Translations under genes and position numbers: made by a program
The notes under the pieces: generated by a model
Databases searched by the model: none
Told to the model about the DNA's origin: nothing
The model's input: the letters and a program-made list of their open reading frames with translations, nothing else
Assembly: GCA_035221665.1 (NCBI GenBank)
Contig: CM069152.1
Location: forward strand, 14,198,001-14,262,000
Length of the DNA: 64,000 bases
Direction: 5' to 3'
Source of the DNA: Okamejei kenojei
Lineage: Eukaryota
Part shown: positions 24,707 to 37,233 of the stretch, in pieces
How positions within the stretch are numbered: the stretch's first letter is position 1
How the letters are laid out: each line of letters starts with the position of its first letter

Positions 24707-27700
24707 TAGGAAATGCTCTATACGGTAGAGAGCATTAATGGAAACTGAAATATAGAATTAGCAATTCAAGTTGAAGATCCTTTTTTCTGACATCTTGGCG
24801 CTTCAATATTAGATGCTGCATGCCTCGTTGAATATTTCCGCATTTTATGTTTTTAGTTTAAGTTGTCATTAATTTCATTTCTTATTCCAATTAATTAATT
24901 TCCTCTCTGCTAATATTATCGCTTACCTAGGAGAGGTGTGAAAGGCAGAAAAGTACAGAAGTCATGCCTACAAATCACCTCAGATCAATGGGCTTTAACA
25001 GAAGGCAAGGCTGTGGACACAGCTTTAGTTTCTGTAAAATTTGACATGGATTTTGTTTTTAAATGATATTGAGATATTCCATAGGCCATGAACCGACACT
25101 GGAATCTCAGAGCTTTCAACAGATCTAACTGGCGCAGGACATTTTCTTGCACTTCTCTTCCATTTGCACAATAAATAAAAGGAGTTATCGAAGTTGGAGG
25201 GACACGGATTATGCCCAGGCAGATAAGTGTTGGTCTTCACATTATGTTCGGCAGACATGGGAGAGGCCAAAGGAATTATTCCTGTGCTGTACTGTTCTAT
25301 GTTCTATATGTTCCTGGCAACAACTTCATACATCTCTTCTACACCATCTCCAGCACATTCATATCTTACCTGTAACCTGTAACAACCGTGGTCTAGCTAG
25401 TTTACAATATATTTCCAGCCTTGCCAAATAAAGGATAGCATTCAGTATGCTTTTTAAATCGTCTCATTGATCTCTCCTGCGTATCATATAACCAATGTAC
25501 ATGCTCTTCAAGATTTCTTTCTTTCCTCGTTTCATTCAACATTCTATTTATTTTAAACTCTTGTTCGGTAACAGTTCCCTAAAAACATGACCCCACATTT
25601 CCCTAGTTAAATTCCATTTGCCACTTGCTTAATTGACATAATAATCTATACCTCCCTGCAGTCTAAACTTTACCTCCATATAGAAATAATAAAGATCACG
25701 ACCAGAAGAACTACAATTTGACAGATCCTCATGATACATTACTTGTTAGTAAAATCTTATGAAGGAATAACTTATATTTCAAATAATAAGACAAGGAAGT
25801 TTAAAAAAAGCTAACGTCACAAAGACCAACAATGGATGAGGATGTGGTGCAGTTTGTCATTCACAAAGGCAAGCATGGCTGACGCATGCACCCAGCTGAT
25901 CATCGTCAGGAAAAAATAACTAATAAAAAATAAATGGCCCTTGAATGTTCATCATACTTCACTGCTGTGATTTTATAGGGGAACTTTAAACATAGATTGA
26001 CTAGACAATAGCAACTAATTTTCAAGAATATTAGAAACACATAGCTCCACCAATTTTCCCTTCCCATCTGTAGCTCCATTAATTTATCCCCCATTTATCC
26101 CCTCCTTTAAATTGTTGATATAGTTTATTGGGGGTCCAGCAATTCTTGAACTGATCTCCACTCAGCATAAATAATCGCTGGGTTATGATGCAATTCCCTT
26201 GTGTAATGGATGAGCCTTGGCCACTTCAAAACCTGCTCCCCATAAAGTGTTGGAATGTTAGGAACTGAACAGAACAGTTGTTCTTAAAATAAAATCATGT
26301 CTGGCATGTTTTGATTATGAATTGTCTTTTTCACTTTCAGATCACTCAAAGTGGAGCGGATAATTGCTTGCTTTCAGGTCTCCTCACTGGTTTCCTCGTC
26401 TTCTGTCTAGACTTCGAGATTATTGATGTTTAAATTAAGAATAATGCAAACCACTTAAAACAGAAGCTTTATATTGATAATAAACCGCTGATGTTTTTAC
26501 AACTATAATAAGGGCCCAAACCTACATTTAAAGCTTTTACTTCCACTTCCCAGTGGCTCCCATTTGGTAATACACTTTTTGGCACTGTTTTTAATGGATG
26601 CTGGCCTTTAAAATATGCAACGTTGTAAAAGGCTGAATTTGGACTTGATGCAGTTCAGAAATATGCTTATTCAGAAGTTATTCAAGCTGCTTTGGCAACA
26701 TGCCAGAAATCCTAATACACTAGTGCATTTTGTCTTCACTTTTAAGATTTTGCAAAGTTCATCTTGTTCATTGCAACAGAGGCAGTCATCTAATGTTAAA
26801 AGGCTACTCAAACCAACAAGCAGTCCAGATCTCTCCCAATAGCTCCTTTAATCTCCCGACGATGAGCAAGTAAATCTTTCACAGAGAAAGACCACTTTTC
26901 TCCATGATTGTCAGCAATCAAGCAAATCCTTAAGGTATCAATTTATTGTTCCACTTGAACCCGAGACAACACTGGCATGAACAGGATAGAGCACAATTTT
27001 AATATAAAATGCAGTATCTTCAACATCTCTTCACAGTGTTACCTCAGTTGCCTCCAATATATTTAATTTATGCCAGGTACTCAGTACTGTACTGATGACT
27101 GTCATATTTGGAGCAACTTTAAATTTAAATAATTTCATCAACTATCTGCTATCTAAGTTTTTAGAGAAGTGAAGAGAATCCAAGGAGGCAATCCATTTAA
27201 AACATGAAACATGAAAAGGTATCGATTACATCCCAATATTTTGTTCAAGGGTCCATTCATTTTATGAAGAGACCAACAAATTGGGGGTGGATAGTCGACT
27301 CCCAAACATATTTCCAATGGAGTTTATTTGTTGATTTGGAGAACTTTATTTTTCTCTCGAAGCCAAAATGCACTGGTTAAGATTAGCTAAATGGGCAGAG
27401 ACCAGGGATTGAATCCAGCTCCATTGTCTCCAGATGTAAGGATCCAATTCAATGTCACAAAACAGAAGGATGTAGTCTACACACATAAGCTGACAGATTT
27501 AAGGAACAGAGCAGTTTGAATGCTTTTTACACTGCCCAGGCTATTCAATTTAAAAAATACAGTCAGAAAAGAAAATGATCAGCCTTTAAAATAAGACTAA
27601 AATGAGTAGCAATTACAAGTTTCTTTAAATTATTAATTGGCATCAAATGTGCATAAAACTCTTGCTGTGATCTGTGCCGAAAAATCTCCAAACGCATCAG

Positions 27701-27858
27701 GATCAATCTGAACTCCAGAGAGAATGCCTCAATTCACCAAGCAGCAAAAGACTGCAGATGCTGCAATCCCTCAGCGGGAAAGACAATATCTCTGGGGGTG
27801 GGCACCAATTCTGCACAAAGGCCATTGATCCTAAGCATCATTTTCAGTGGCACGAAGA

Positions 27859-27950
27859 TAGACACAAAAACCTGGAGTAACTCAGCGGGACAGGCAGCAT
27901 CTCTGGAGAGAAGGAATGGGTGACGTTTCGGGTCGAGACCCTTCTTCAGA
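27859..27950 (-). mobile_element. Penelope-derived short repeat with intact minimal hammerhead core
   Basis: Minus-strand CTGAAGAAGGGTCTCGACCCGAAACGTC at 27922-27949. Confidence 0.8.
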
Positions 27951-28566
27951 AACCCATCTTCTGTGGCATTCTCCAGACACTGCCTGTACTGGTGAATGTT
28001 GCTGATTTCTTGATTTAATACTAGAGCTTCAGTGCCCTGTCGCAGGGCAACTTGGAAAAAGATTATCTGAAGAGTTTTATTGCATGCTTTACAAAAGCAA
28101 TTACAAAATCTTGTGGACAGCCCAATGGAAAGGCAATCGTGCAAAAGGATGTGAACAGCGGAAATATTAACCATTAGCCCCTACCCTAGTTTTATTCAAG
28201 GCTGCTGCAGGTTTCACCAAATATCACACAAAGGCAGGATAGCTAACAATAACAAACTTGCCTCAGGAAAGATTGTATTTCCAAATCCGATTTCATAATT
28301 TATATTTTGGGTCAACATATCTTTGAAAGCTGTTAAAACTATATTACGGAAAGCAAAAGCACAAGGCATTGAGCTCACAATTGCTGCAAAAAGTGTGAAA
28401 ATGGGTACATACTATAGATATTTTTCTATCTATCAACTCCTACATATAAACACAATGATATCAGCACAATCAGAATTGAAATGGTGATGTAAATTGACCT
28501 TTCAAAGATGAAGAATGGAATGGAAAGCGGGTAATGGTAAGAAGCAGGAAGACAGGCCGTGCATTA

Positions 28567-28725
28567 TTAGAATGAATGTGGAGGGTGGATGGTATTACTG
28601 GGACAGACCTCGCTGCTGCTGTTGTGGAAACTGGTCTCCTCCCCCTTCACTTCCCGCGACACAATCAACAGAAATTCTGACTGATGATCCCGCCCGAGGC
28701 CATAGGGGGAACCTATACTGACCAG
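28567..28725 (-). CDS. KCTD5: Duplicated alternative exon 5 (exon 5A) of KCTD5
   Basis: Acceptor ctctggttgttacag, phase 0; LVSIGSPYGLGRDHQSEFLLIVSREVKGEETSFHNSSSEVCPSNTIHPPHSF-TAA; 15 of the first 26 residues identical to canonical exon 5 with no gaps; optional weak donor GAG|gtctgt at 28609. Confidence 0.78.
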   Translation of the reverse strand: MVSIGSPYGLGRDHQSEFLLIVSREVKGEETSFHNSSSEVCPSNTIHPPHSF

Positions 28726-29204
28726 CTGTAACAACCAGAGCAGAGTGTTTGTAACAGTGGGCGTATTACAAGAGTTCTTTCATTTCAAGTTTTCAAAAGA
28801 TGTAAATTAAAAATATCTTATTATTAACATATCAATTACAGTTTCAGTGACACAAATTTTCAATACTATAAAGTGGCAATTACTTAAACAATAACACCAG
28901 AAATATTGACCTGTAAAACAAATCTATCTCTTTATTCAGGTTACAGAATGCTGTGTGGCATGAACATCCCGTAATCTGCGGTCATCTGCTAAGAATTGAG
29001 AATGGAGCACTAATGGGTGATTAATGCGTTGTTCACATCTGCAGCTGCTCCATTGGAGCAAGAGGACTCGAGAAAGCGGGGCCTAAAGTGGAGGAAGAGA
29101 AAAGACAAGGGCCTTCGCAGAAAGCAAAACAGTACAAGGCCATGTATTAAGAATAAGGAGTAAGCTTTAAGAATAAGCTTATAAGAGTTAGAATAAGAAT
29201 AAGA

Positions 29205-29465
29205 GTTAGCCATTTAGAACGGAGACGAGGAAACTGTTTTTCTCAGAGAGTGGCGAGTCTGTGGAATTCTCTGCCTCAGAGAGCGGTGGAGGCAGGTTCT
29301 CTGGATGCTTTCAAGAGAGAGCTAGATAGGGCTCTTAAAAATAGCGGAGTCAGGGGATATGGGGAGAAGACAGGAACGGGGTACTGATTGGGGATGATCA
29401 GCCATGATCACATTGAATGGCGGTGCTGGCTCAAAGGGCCAAATGGCCTATTCCTGCACCTATAG
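29205..29465 (+). mobile_element. CR1-clade LINE 3' end
   Basis: gagagtggcgagtctgtggaattctctgcctcagag...atgatcagccatgatcacattgaatggcggtgctggctc. Confidence 0.9.
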
Positions 29466-31073
29466 TATATTGCCACAAATAATTTTTCTCACAAACCAGG
29501 TCAATTCTACTAAGTCATCATATCAGTCAGGGCTTTTGGGGCTGAGGAAGGAAGAAAATAACTTGTTAGCCTTTCACCAACTGGAAAGGACTAAATAGAC
29601 ATGGGCAGGATGGGGTTTGAGTCATGCCACATGCAGATGAACAGATTGCAAGCACCACTGCTTCATAACATGACAACTAAAGGCAGATATGCTGCAGCAG
29701 TGAGAAAGGGGTGTCATCCAGCAGCTGTAAAGTAAGTGAGATGGGTGGAGAGATAGTAGGAGGGGTGCAAGCAACTGTGGAGAAGCATGCAGGGTGGAGA
29801 GGGGCTGAGGAAGGTACCTAGAAATAGTCCCTCAAAAGAGGTGGAAAATGCAAGGAGTCCCTACTTTAAAAGAGCAGAATTAAGTTAGAAGGGAAAACTG
29901 ACCAAACATTACCACACTCTGGGATATATAAGCATAATATTTGTAACATGAACAACTCCAAGACGTAGTCATTATTTGAACAGAAAATCCTAAGGCAATT
30001 TAACTCCCAAAAATATACTTTCCCATCAAAGTCATTTGGGATGGCTTATTGGCATAAAAACATTGATTTTAATCTTTAATTGAATTAGCTGAAATTATTT
30101 TCTCTTGATGCCAAAGGAGGATCACCAGATTATGTAACTTTAGTGCGATTTGGTTTTTATGTCAAGGGATTCTGGGATGTAGGAAACAACAAATGCCAGG
30201 ACAGAATGCTTGGATTTAAATGAATTAAACAATCATCTTTGGCGTACTTGATCAGAGACTAACTGAAATAAACAAAGTCAACTCATATCACATGGGATAG
30301 TGCATGAAAGCACTTGTTTAAATGGGAGGCTAAATCTTACTTATCAGGCTATTTGCCAACAATACGATTGCATGAGAGACAGCCAGAGGCTTTGAGAAAT
30401 ACAACTGGACTATATCAACGCAAGCTTTATTTTCTGTAAATATGAAAAACAAGTTGATTGATCTTCTGCGAGGCTTATGAGTCAAAACATGCATACCATT
30501 CAAGTGCAGTAGGCCGAGATGGGGAAAGGACAAAAGAACATTAAGCAAGGGTAAAACAGCCCGAGTTGACAGATCAACACATTGCCTTTAGAAAAATGTT
30601 AATTCTGAGCAGGTATTGCTGTAATTACACATCCCTGCCAGTAGCAGCACTGCCGCTCCATTATAAATAAGGGCATGAAATATTGCGATAGAAAACGTGA
30701 ACACAACTTGCATTGTTTTTACACCTCTTCTCCAAAGCTAGACAGAGGGAAGTAATGCACAACTAACTATGCACAATTATTTAATGATTTTCAATGAAAA
30801 CTGAGCGTTTCCACAGGGTTAGAGCTAACAGCGATTGTCATTAGAATGTGGCTGATTTAAATGACGGGTAAAGATAATTTAAATGATACAATCAGAAATG
30901 CATTACCCAGATATGCTTCTAATCATGGGAGAGGGGATTGCAATATGTGGAAACATCTTTAGTGAAGAATCTTGCCTTGGAATGGAAGACCAACCATGTT
31001 CCTAGATAGCTACAAAAAAAGCTGGGAATGATTCATGCTGCAGTCGAATTAGTCGAGTCCCCAAGCACTGTGT

Positions 31074-31259
31074 GGAAAGGAACTGCTGATGCTGGTATAT
31101 ACCGAAGATAGATACAAAGTGCTGCAGTAACTTAGCAGGTCAGGCAGCAGGTCTGGAGAAATAGGATGGGTGATGTTTTGGAATGGGACCCTTCTTCACA
31201 CTGACCTTCAGGTTGCCTGACTCACTGAATTATTCCAACACTTTCTGTCTATCTTTTCT
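31074..31259. mobile_element. Penelope-derived partly inverted insert with 11-bp TSD
   Basis: TSD aagcactgtgt at 31063-31073 and 31260-31270. Confidence 0.75.
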
Positions 31260-31603
31260 AAGCACTGTGTTTGCATCACCATATTCAAACACTTTTTAAA
31301 CAGATTCATTTTAAATACTCAACTCCAGCTCGGAAATGTCAGTTGGTTGTCCAGCTATCGTTAATTCTGGCCAAATTGGAGCTGCCAGGACATTAAAATT
31401 GAGTAAAGGCTTCTGTGCTGCCATGCCATTTTGGTCAATTTAAATGTGCCTTTTGCAGAACTGGAACAGGCTGCTGAATGGTGCCAGTTTGTCTGTGGCC
31501 CAGATAAGCGCTGCAGGGAAAGAATGAGACATCTGTAGATTCTTACAATTAGGTGTAAATTTGCATGAAACGGATTGGGTGAATGCAAACCAGACATACA
31601 CAT

Positions 31604-32133
31604 TGTAAATAATGTTGCAAAGCTTTACTTTGCTAGATGTTGATTGGATTAAGTGTTGAGCCTTGTCTGGGTTTCTTGAATATCTAGACACATGTTGCGT
31701 AATTCATCTTTGTTAACTTGCATCTAGAAACTTCGTCAGATACATTGTATTAGTCACTGTATTATTGGGTTAGGGAACTGTCTATCATGTACTGTGTTAA
31801 TCGATATTTGTTATTGGACTGTATAGAGACCACCCCCATATGGTTCGGCCCCTCAAGGTTCAGGGACCTATAAAAGGTAGCTCCCACGAGGTCCAATGAC
31901 GGTCTTCTGGAAGAACGCTTGGGACTGCGTGACTTTTTGGAGTGTCTCTGCTTGCACGAGGCTAGAAGGGCTTGGCCAAGCAGACATAAGGATTGAACCC
32001 ACGGTGGTTAGGTATAGTAGAGGGGAACTGTTATTGTGTTTTCCAAAATAAAGTTTAGTTGCGCAAGTGCTTGACTCAGTATTTTATTGACTGAAACTAG
32101 ACTGGGGGGGAAGCTTAGAACGAGCTATTTACA
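31604..32133 (+). mobile_element. Solo LTR (~530 bp)
   Basis: Termini TGTAAATA...TATTTACA, TATAAAA at 31869-31875, AATAAA at 32047-32052; TSD not clean (acat vs ctat). Confidence 0.75.
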
Positions 32134-32335
32134 CTATAAACACTGAATTGTGAATAAATGCAAGAAAGTCTGCCTGCCTTGAATCTGTTTCTGATGCAGC
32201 CAACCACACAATACACAGCTGCTGATTTCTGAGTGCTGTGTGGAGGACCAAAATAGAATGAAACTCTTGATTATTCTCAACTACAATGTAATTTCTGATT
32301 GCTTCCAGTTCAAGGGAATATTTTAGCATCCTTAC

Positions 32336-32431
32336 CTGTTCAAACTTCCATCCATCAGACATTGTCGATACCATCTGGGTGAGTTCCTCTTCTTGGCACT
32401 GTAGCACTCTGTAGACATGTTTCATTGGGAT
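32336..32431 (-). CDS. KCTD5: KCTD5 exon 4 (96 nt)
   Basis: Acceptor aatcttcag, donor gtaagg; [32 protein letters not shown]. Confidence 0.97.
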
Positions 32432-33177
32432 CTGAAGATTATAGTCAAGAAGAAATATTTTTTTAGCTCAAACACCACTATTGTAGAAAATATTATGAAA
32501 TGCAGGGAACACTCCGGACTTTCCAAAGATGGAAATAATGTTTATCAAATCTTAAACTGGATCAATAATTTTGGTTTAAATTGCTGAAGAAAAACTCACA
32601 GGTATAACTTACATTTCTAAATCTATGTCTATTTGCATCCTGTTGATCAGACCAGATACCCATTTAGTCCCCTAGAGAACCTCTTCCCACCGTTCAACCG
32701 CCTATCTTCAATCCCAGCCCCCTGTCTACCATCTCACCAACTCTCAATTTCCAAAATTCTCCAAGCAGCAAGATGATTTATAAAAAAAGCAGGCATGGGG
32801 GAAGAAAATTGAGTACATTAGATCTCGGTTAGGTGGTTATTGGATTGCCACGTTAACGTTTTGGTTTGTTAGATATGTGCAGAGGGCAGAGCTTTCACGT
32901 CAATTATCATTTTCAATCAGCTAATTATTAAACATGGATAGTGTGTTGATTTCATTGAATGGATTCTCTCTGTAGACTTGAAAAATAACTGTTTCTCAAT
33001 GTAAATTGATATTGTCAAACAATCCAAAATAAATTATCTAACAGACTGTCCAATGTCTTGAAAGAACATTTGTTTACAAACTATATTCCATGTTCTGCTG
33101 TTGATGGTCATTATCATGTGACTAAACTAAGATTTTTACTTTATCCTCAGTGATTCCTGACTCTGTCCTCTCATCCT

Positions 33178-33470
33178 TTAGATTTTAGAAATACAGCGCA
33201 GAAACAGGCCCTTTGGTCCACCGTCTCCGCGCTGACCAGTGCCCGTACACAAACACTGCCCTACACACTTGGGACAATTTAAATTTTTACTGATGTCAAT
33301 TACCAAATACGTCTTTGGAGAGTGGGGGGGAAACAGAGGAACACGGATTAAACCCATGCAATCACAGGGAGAACGTACCAACTCCGTACCGACAGCACCC
33401 GTAGTCAGGGTCAAACCCAGGTCTCTAGCATTGTATAGCAGCAGCTCTATCACTGCGCCACTGTGCTACC
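33178..33470 (-). mobile_element. V-SINE/HE1-like SINE
   Basis: atacagcgcagaaacaggccc...cacagggagaacgtaccaactccgtaccgacagcacccgtagtcagggtcaaacccagg. Confidence 0.85.
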
Positions 33471-33733
33471 ACAAGGGCGTCCACCAGGGAAGGCAGAATA
33501 GATCAAAGGTACTGGATATCCTGTCCAGTTTTCTCTCTCTACAGCAAGAACAGACTGCTTGGTAACATGTAAACGATTGCAAAATAAATCTGCTGAGACA
33601 CAGGCTGAACTCAGCACTTAGTCTCAGCAGGTAAGCTGCACATACCTTCATTAAAGAGTGGATTTCAGCAGGCACTGCAAAAGTGAGGCTGCAGCTTTTT
33701 CTGTGCTCTTGGCTGACTTTGCATTTACTGAAA

Positions 33734-33881
33734 CTTTCAGGTCAAGACCCTTCTTCAGTCTGACAAACTATATTTTCAGACTGAAGAGTCTGAAAAAGAG
33801 TCTCGACCTGAAACGGCACCCATTCCTTCTCTCTGGAGATGCTGCCTGTCCCGCTGAGTTACTTCAGCATTTTGCGTCTAC
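33734..33881 (+). mobile_element. Penelope-derived repeat with short inverted piece
   Basis: tttcaggtcaagacccttcttcag...ctgaaaaagagtctcgacctgaaacggcacccattccttctctctggagatgctgcctgtcccgctgagttacttcagcattttg. Confidence 0.75.
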
Positions 33882-34349
33882 TCTCACTCTCTAGGGTTGT
33901 AATAACAAATTTTTTTATTTTTTTTAAAAACAGTTTGATCTCTTCATAGCTTATGCTATTATCCTTTTTTTTCTGCTCACTGTTATACCTTTCTACGTTT
34001 CTAAAGCCTTCTCACGTGGTTTCAATTCATTGACAATGGTCAACTTCTGACAGCACTGGCTATTCTTTACCCGAGAGCCATTTTGCACACAGCAAGGATA
34101 ACGAATAAGAATCTTTATTTTTGGCTATGCTACTTGACAGGCTTGTACTGGCCAAGATAACTGGGTAGTGTCTTAAAGTGTCAAGTGTGGGTCTCCAATT
34201 ATAATATACCTTTGGATTCCAGAAGCAGGCATGAAAATTACTACCCAATTGTGTCTTTCTTTAAACACATGGATATCTTGCTTGCAGCCTCTCCCCACTA
34301 GTCCTCAAGGATAATTGTACATATTTGGAGCAGGTCTCTTTTCACTCAC

Positions 34350-34441
34350 CTGTAATGTTTTAGTGTCTCTTTCTCTTATACTGTCTTTCACTAACTTTAT
34401 TAGTGATGTGATGTTGTAAAACTCTGCTTCCTCCAGTACAC
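34350..34441 (-). CDS. KCTD5: KCTD5 exon 3 (92 nt)
   Basis: Acceptor tccttttag, donor gtgagt; (G)VLEEAEFYNITSLIKLVKDSIRERDTKTLQ. Confidence 0.97.
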
Positions 34442-34703
34442 CTAAAAGGAACAAATCACCAATGAAGTACTTTAAGCGATAAACCTGCAGAGAGTTTTAA
34501 AAAGTTACTGATAATCACAACTCAGTTCTCCACCTTTGACGAGAGTTTTAAATACTGCCTTTTACTGACACACAAAGTGAGAGTAATAGAGACAGAATCA
34601 AATTACATACAATACAAAATAGAACGAGCTTGGCAATCCAACAACTTTTGTTTTAAAAATCAAGGAACATAATAAAAATAAACAAAAGATGGTGATGACT
34701 TGC

Positions 34704-34812
34704 CTTCCTCTGCTAAATCTTTATTAATAACCAGCTTCCCGTGTCGCAGATAGTTCAGGATTGGGCCAAAATAGGTGGGATCTCGATCTATTAGGTAAGC
34801 ACCAGTATCATC
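34704..34812 (-). CDS. KCTD5: KCTD5 exon 2 (109 nt), followed by a GC donor
   Basis: Acceptor taatgcag; [36 protein letters not shown](G); donor AAG|gcaagt. Confidence 0.96.
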
Positions 34813-34958
34813 CTGCATTACAAACAGTCATCTGGTTACAAAAAATATACACTACAAGTACACTCAAACATGTATTTCAGTACACCAATTCATTAAAAAA
34901 AACTAATTTACTTCTCTTCCCATTCATCCTCTGTTCCCATGTAGCACTCATTCAAATA

Positions 34959-35062
34959 CAGTGCGCTCCATAATGTTTGGGACAAAGACCCATCATTTAT
35001 TTATTTGCCTCTGTACTCCACAATTTGAGATTTGTAATAGAAAAAAATCATATGTGGTTAAA
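34959..35062. mobile_element. Tc1/mariner-like terminal fragment
   Basis: TA followed by CAGTGCGCTCCATAATGTTTGGGACA, a Tc1-type CAGTG terminus; no partner end seen. Confidence 0.55.
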
Positions 35063-35429
35063 TACTGCTTTTTGGGATATAGTATTACCTCAGAGCCTCA
35101 ACTCAAATAAAGTTCATGTAACAAACACTGAATGTAAACAGAACATGAAGGCATGAGGTCTGAAATGCAGTCTTTGTAATCTGTTCCCTCCGCTGGATAC
35201 TGTAAATTTGAAAAAGTGAAATGTTGTTGTGCATTGTTATTGGTTATTGAATACAACTATTTAATATTGTACAGTAGCAGGATCATGAATCCGATGCCTC
35301 TTGTTAGTTTATATTTTGTTACCTCTTACAACAATCAGTAGCCAAATGATAGATGTGGCAATATCTTTCCACCGGGAGAATGGGGAAACCAGAATGAAAA
35401 GATAGTCAGTGACTAAGTGTGAAATGGAA

Positions 35430-35670
35430 CAAAAGTCAAATGCTGGAGTAACTCAGGAAGTCAGAATCACCTATCCATGTTCTGGAGAACATGGATAGGT
35501 GATGTTTCAAATCAGGATCATTCTCGGACTGATTATAGCAGGGTTTAAACAGCTGGAAGAGGGGTAGGACCGGAACAAAGCTAGGCAAATGATAGGTGGA
35601 AGCAGATAAGGGGGGTTGTGTGCTTACAACCCAACTGTATTAACAATGAATCCTCCAATTTCAGGTAATT
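35430..35670. mobile_element. Rearranged Penelope-type remnant with 18-bp fold-back
   Basis: atcacctatccatgttct-gg-agaacatggataggtgat (35466-35503); plus-strand LQPNCINNESSNFR-stop near 35625-35669 resembles PLE ORF C-termini. Confidence 0.6.
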
Positions 35671-36434
35671 TACCTCCCCCCCCCCCCCCCCCCCCCCCCC
35701 CCCAACAATCCCACTGATCCGCCTGCAGGACAACAGATCTGTAAAGCCTAGATAAGACTCGATACCTGCAAGAACATGATACTTAAAAGCTACAGGGTAG
35801 CACCAAAAACATGGCAACTTTATGTACTGCCTCAGTGGAAATCTATTCAGTTGCTGCCTTATGCACCTGTGTATGACTGTGATTATGATTTAAATAGATT
35901 GTATGCACAATAAACCATTTCACTGCATATAGATACACGTGACAATAAAGTAATTACTACTATTTCAAGCAGGATTGTAATCCACACCATAGAAAGGATA
36001 CTGGGAGAATCATAATAAGTATTAAAAGGAGAGGTTTTTTTTGCCTGAGCCTAGGCTTTTTTTTTTAAAGCAGGTCTCCAGTCTTGGGAAGATAGTGAGT
36101 TCATTTTAAGGATCTTATGCACAGTAATGCAGTCTGTACTGGCAGCCTGAAACATCACCAAAATCAAAACATGAAACCTCAGACTTGTACATGACCTCCA
36201 AACACACTATAAAGGCAGTTGAAATTGAATTATTGGCCACCATGTCACATCTGTGGAGAGAAGAGCTCTGATGTGTTAAGGACGGCTTTGTTTTTCCTTT
36301 TGCGGACATTGCTTTGTCTGCCAAGAACTTGCTGTGGTGTTTTATTTGAGATTTCTAGCATCTGTCTTATTTTAGTTTTGGAATCAAGTTAACAAGCTTT
36401 GATTTGAAAAGTGGGTGCTCTGTTGAATTAAATT

Positions 36435-36715
36435 TTAGATCTAGCGAAACAAGCCCTTTGATTCACTGAGTCCATGCCAACCATCAGTTCACATTAGTTC
36501 TATGTTACCCCAATTTCACAACTATTCCCTGCACATTAGGGGCAATTTACAGAAGCCAACTGACCCATAAACCTGCATGTCTTTGTAATGTAGGAGAAAA
36601 CCCACATGGTCACAGGGAACATGTATAAACTCCACACAAACAGCACTCAAGGTCAGGATCAAACCCATGTCTCTGGCACTGAGGCAACAGGCCTACCAGC
36701 TGCGTTACTTTGCCA
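36435..36715 (-). mobile_element. V-SINE/HE1-like SINE
   Basis: aaaacccacatggtcacagggaacatgtataaactccacacaaacagcactcaaggtcaggatcaaaccc. Confidence 0.8.
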
Positions 36716-36776
36716 TCACTGAAATGTTGCTATCATGCTTGCCAATTCAGTGCTACACATACTTTGTATCTAACTT

Positions 36777-37233
36777 AAAACAATAGACAATAGGCACAGG
36801 AGTAGGCCATTCGGCCCTACGAGCCAGCACCGCCATTCAATGTGATCATGGCTGATCATCCCAAATCAGTACCCCGTTCCTGCCTTCTCCCCATATCCCC
36901 TGACTCCGCTATTTTTAAGAGTCCTATCTAGCTCTCTTGAAAACATCCAGAGAACCTGCCTCCACTGCCCTGAGGCAGAGAATTCCACTGTAGATGATAT
37001 GTATACACCTTTAATTGATAGTGACGATGTCCATGCTAACCACCTCCCCCACCAGTTAGTATAATTGTAACCCACACGCCCCTAGCTCTCTCTCTAGTGA
37101 TCGTGACAGACCACGTACAGCCAGGGCTATATATGATGTATGCTTAATAAAGTAGTGAAGACTTTAAGGTGTCTGTGTACCTTCTCTACAACCACTCTCT
37201 GTGAGAAAAAGTATTTCCTCGTCTCCGTTCTAA
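36777..37233 (-). mobile_element. CR1 3' fragment split by a solo LTR
   Basis: CR1 3' UTR at 36777-36988 resumes at 37191 (accactctctgtgagaaaaag). Confidence 0.88.
36989..37190 (+). mobile_element. Short solo LTR (202 bp) nested in CR1
   Basis: Termini TGTAGA...TCTACA, AATAAA at 37146-37151, flanks tccac / accac. Confidence 0.75.

Noticed and set aside
26340-26410. Purine-rich minus-strand segment as a possible exon after 5A
   Set aside because: No pyrimidine tract before the AG and no recognisable peptide.
27734-28174. 146-aa minus ORF downstream of exon 5A
   Set aside because: Runs through a Penelope-derived repeat and shows no homology I can recognise.
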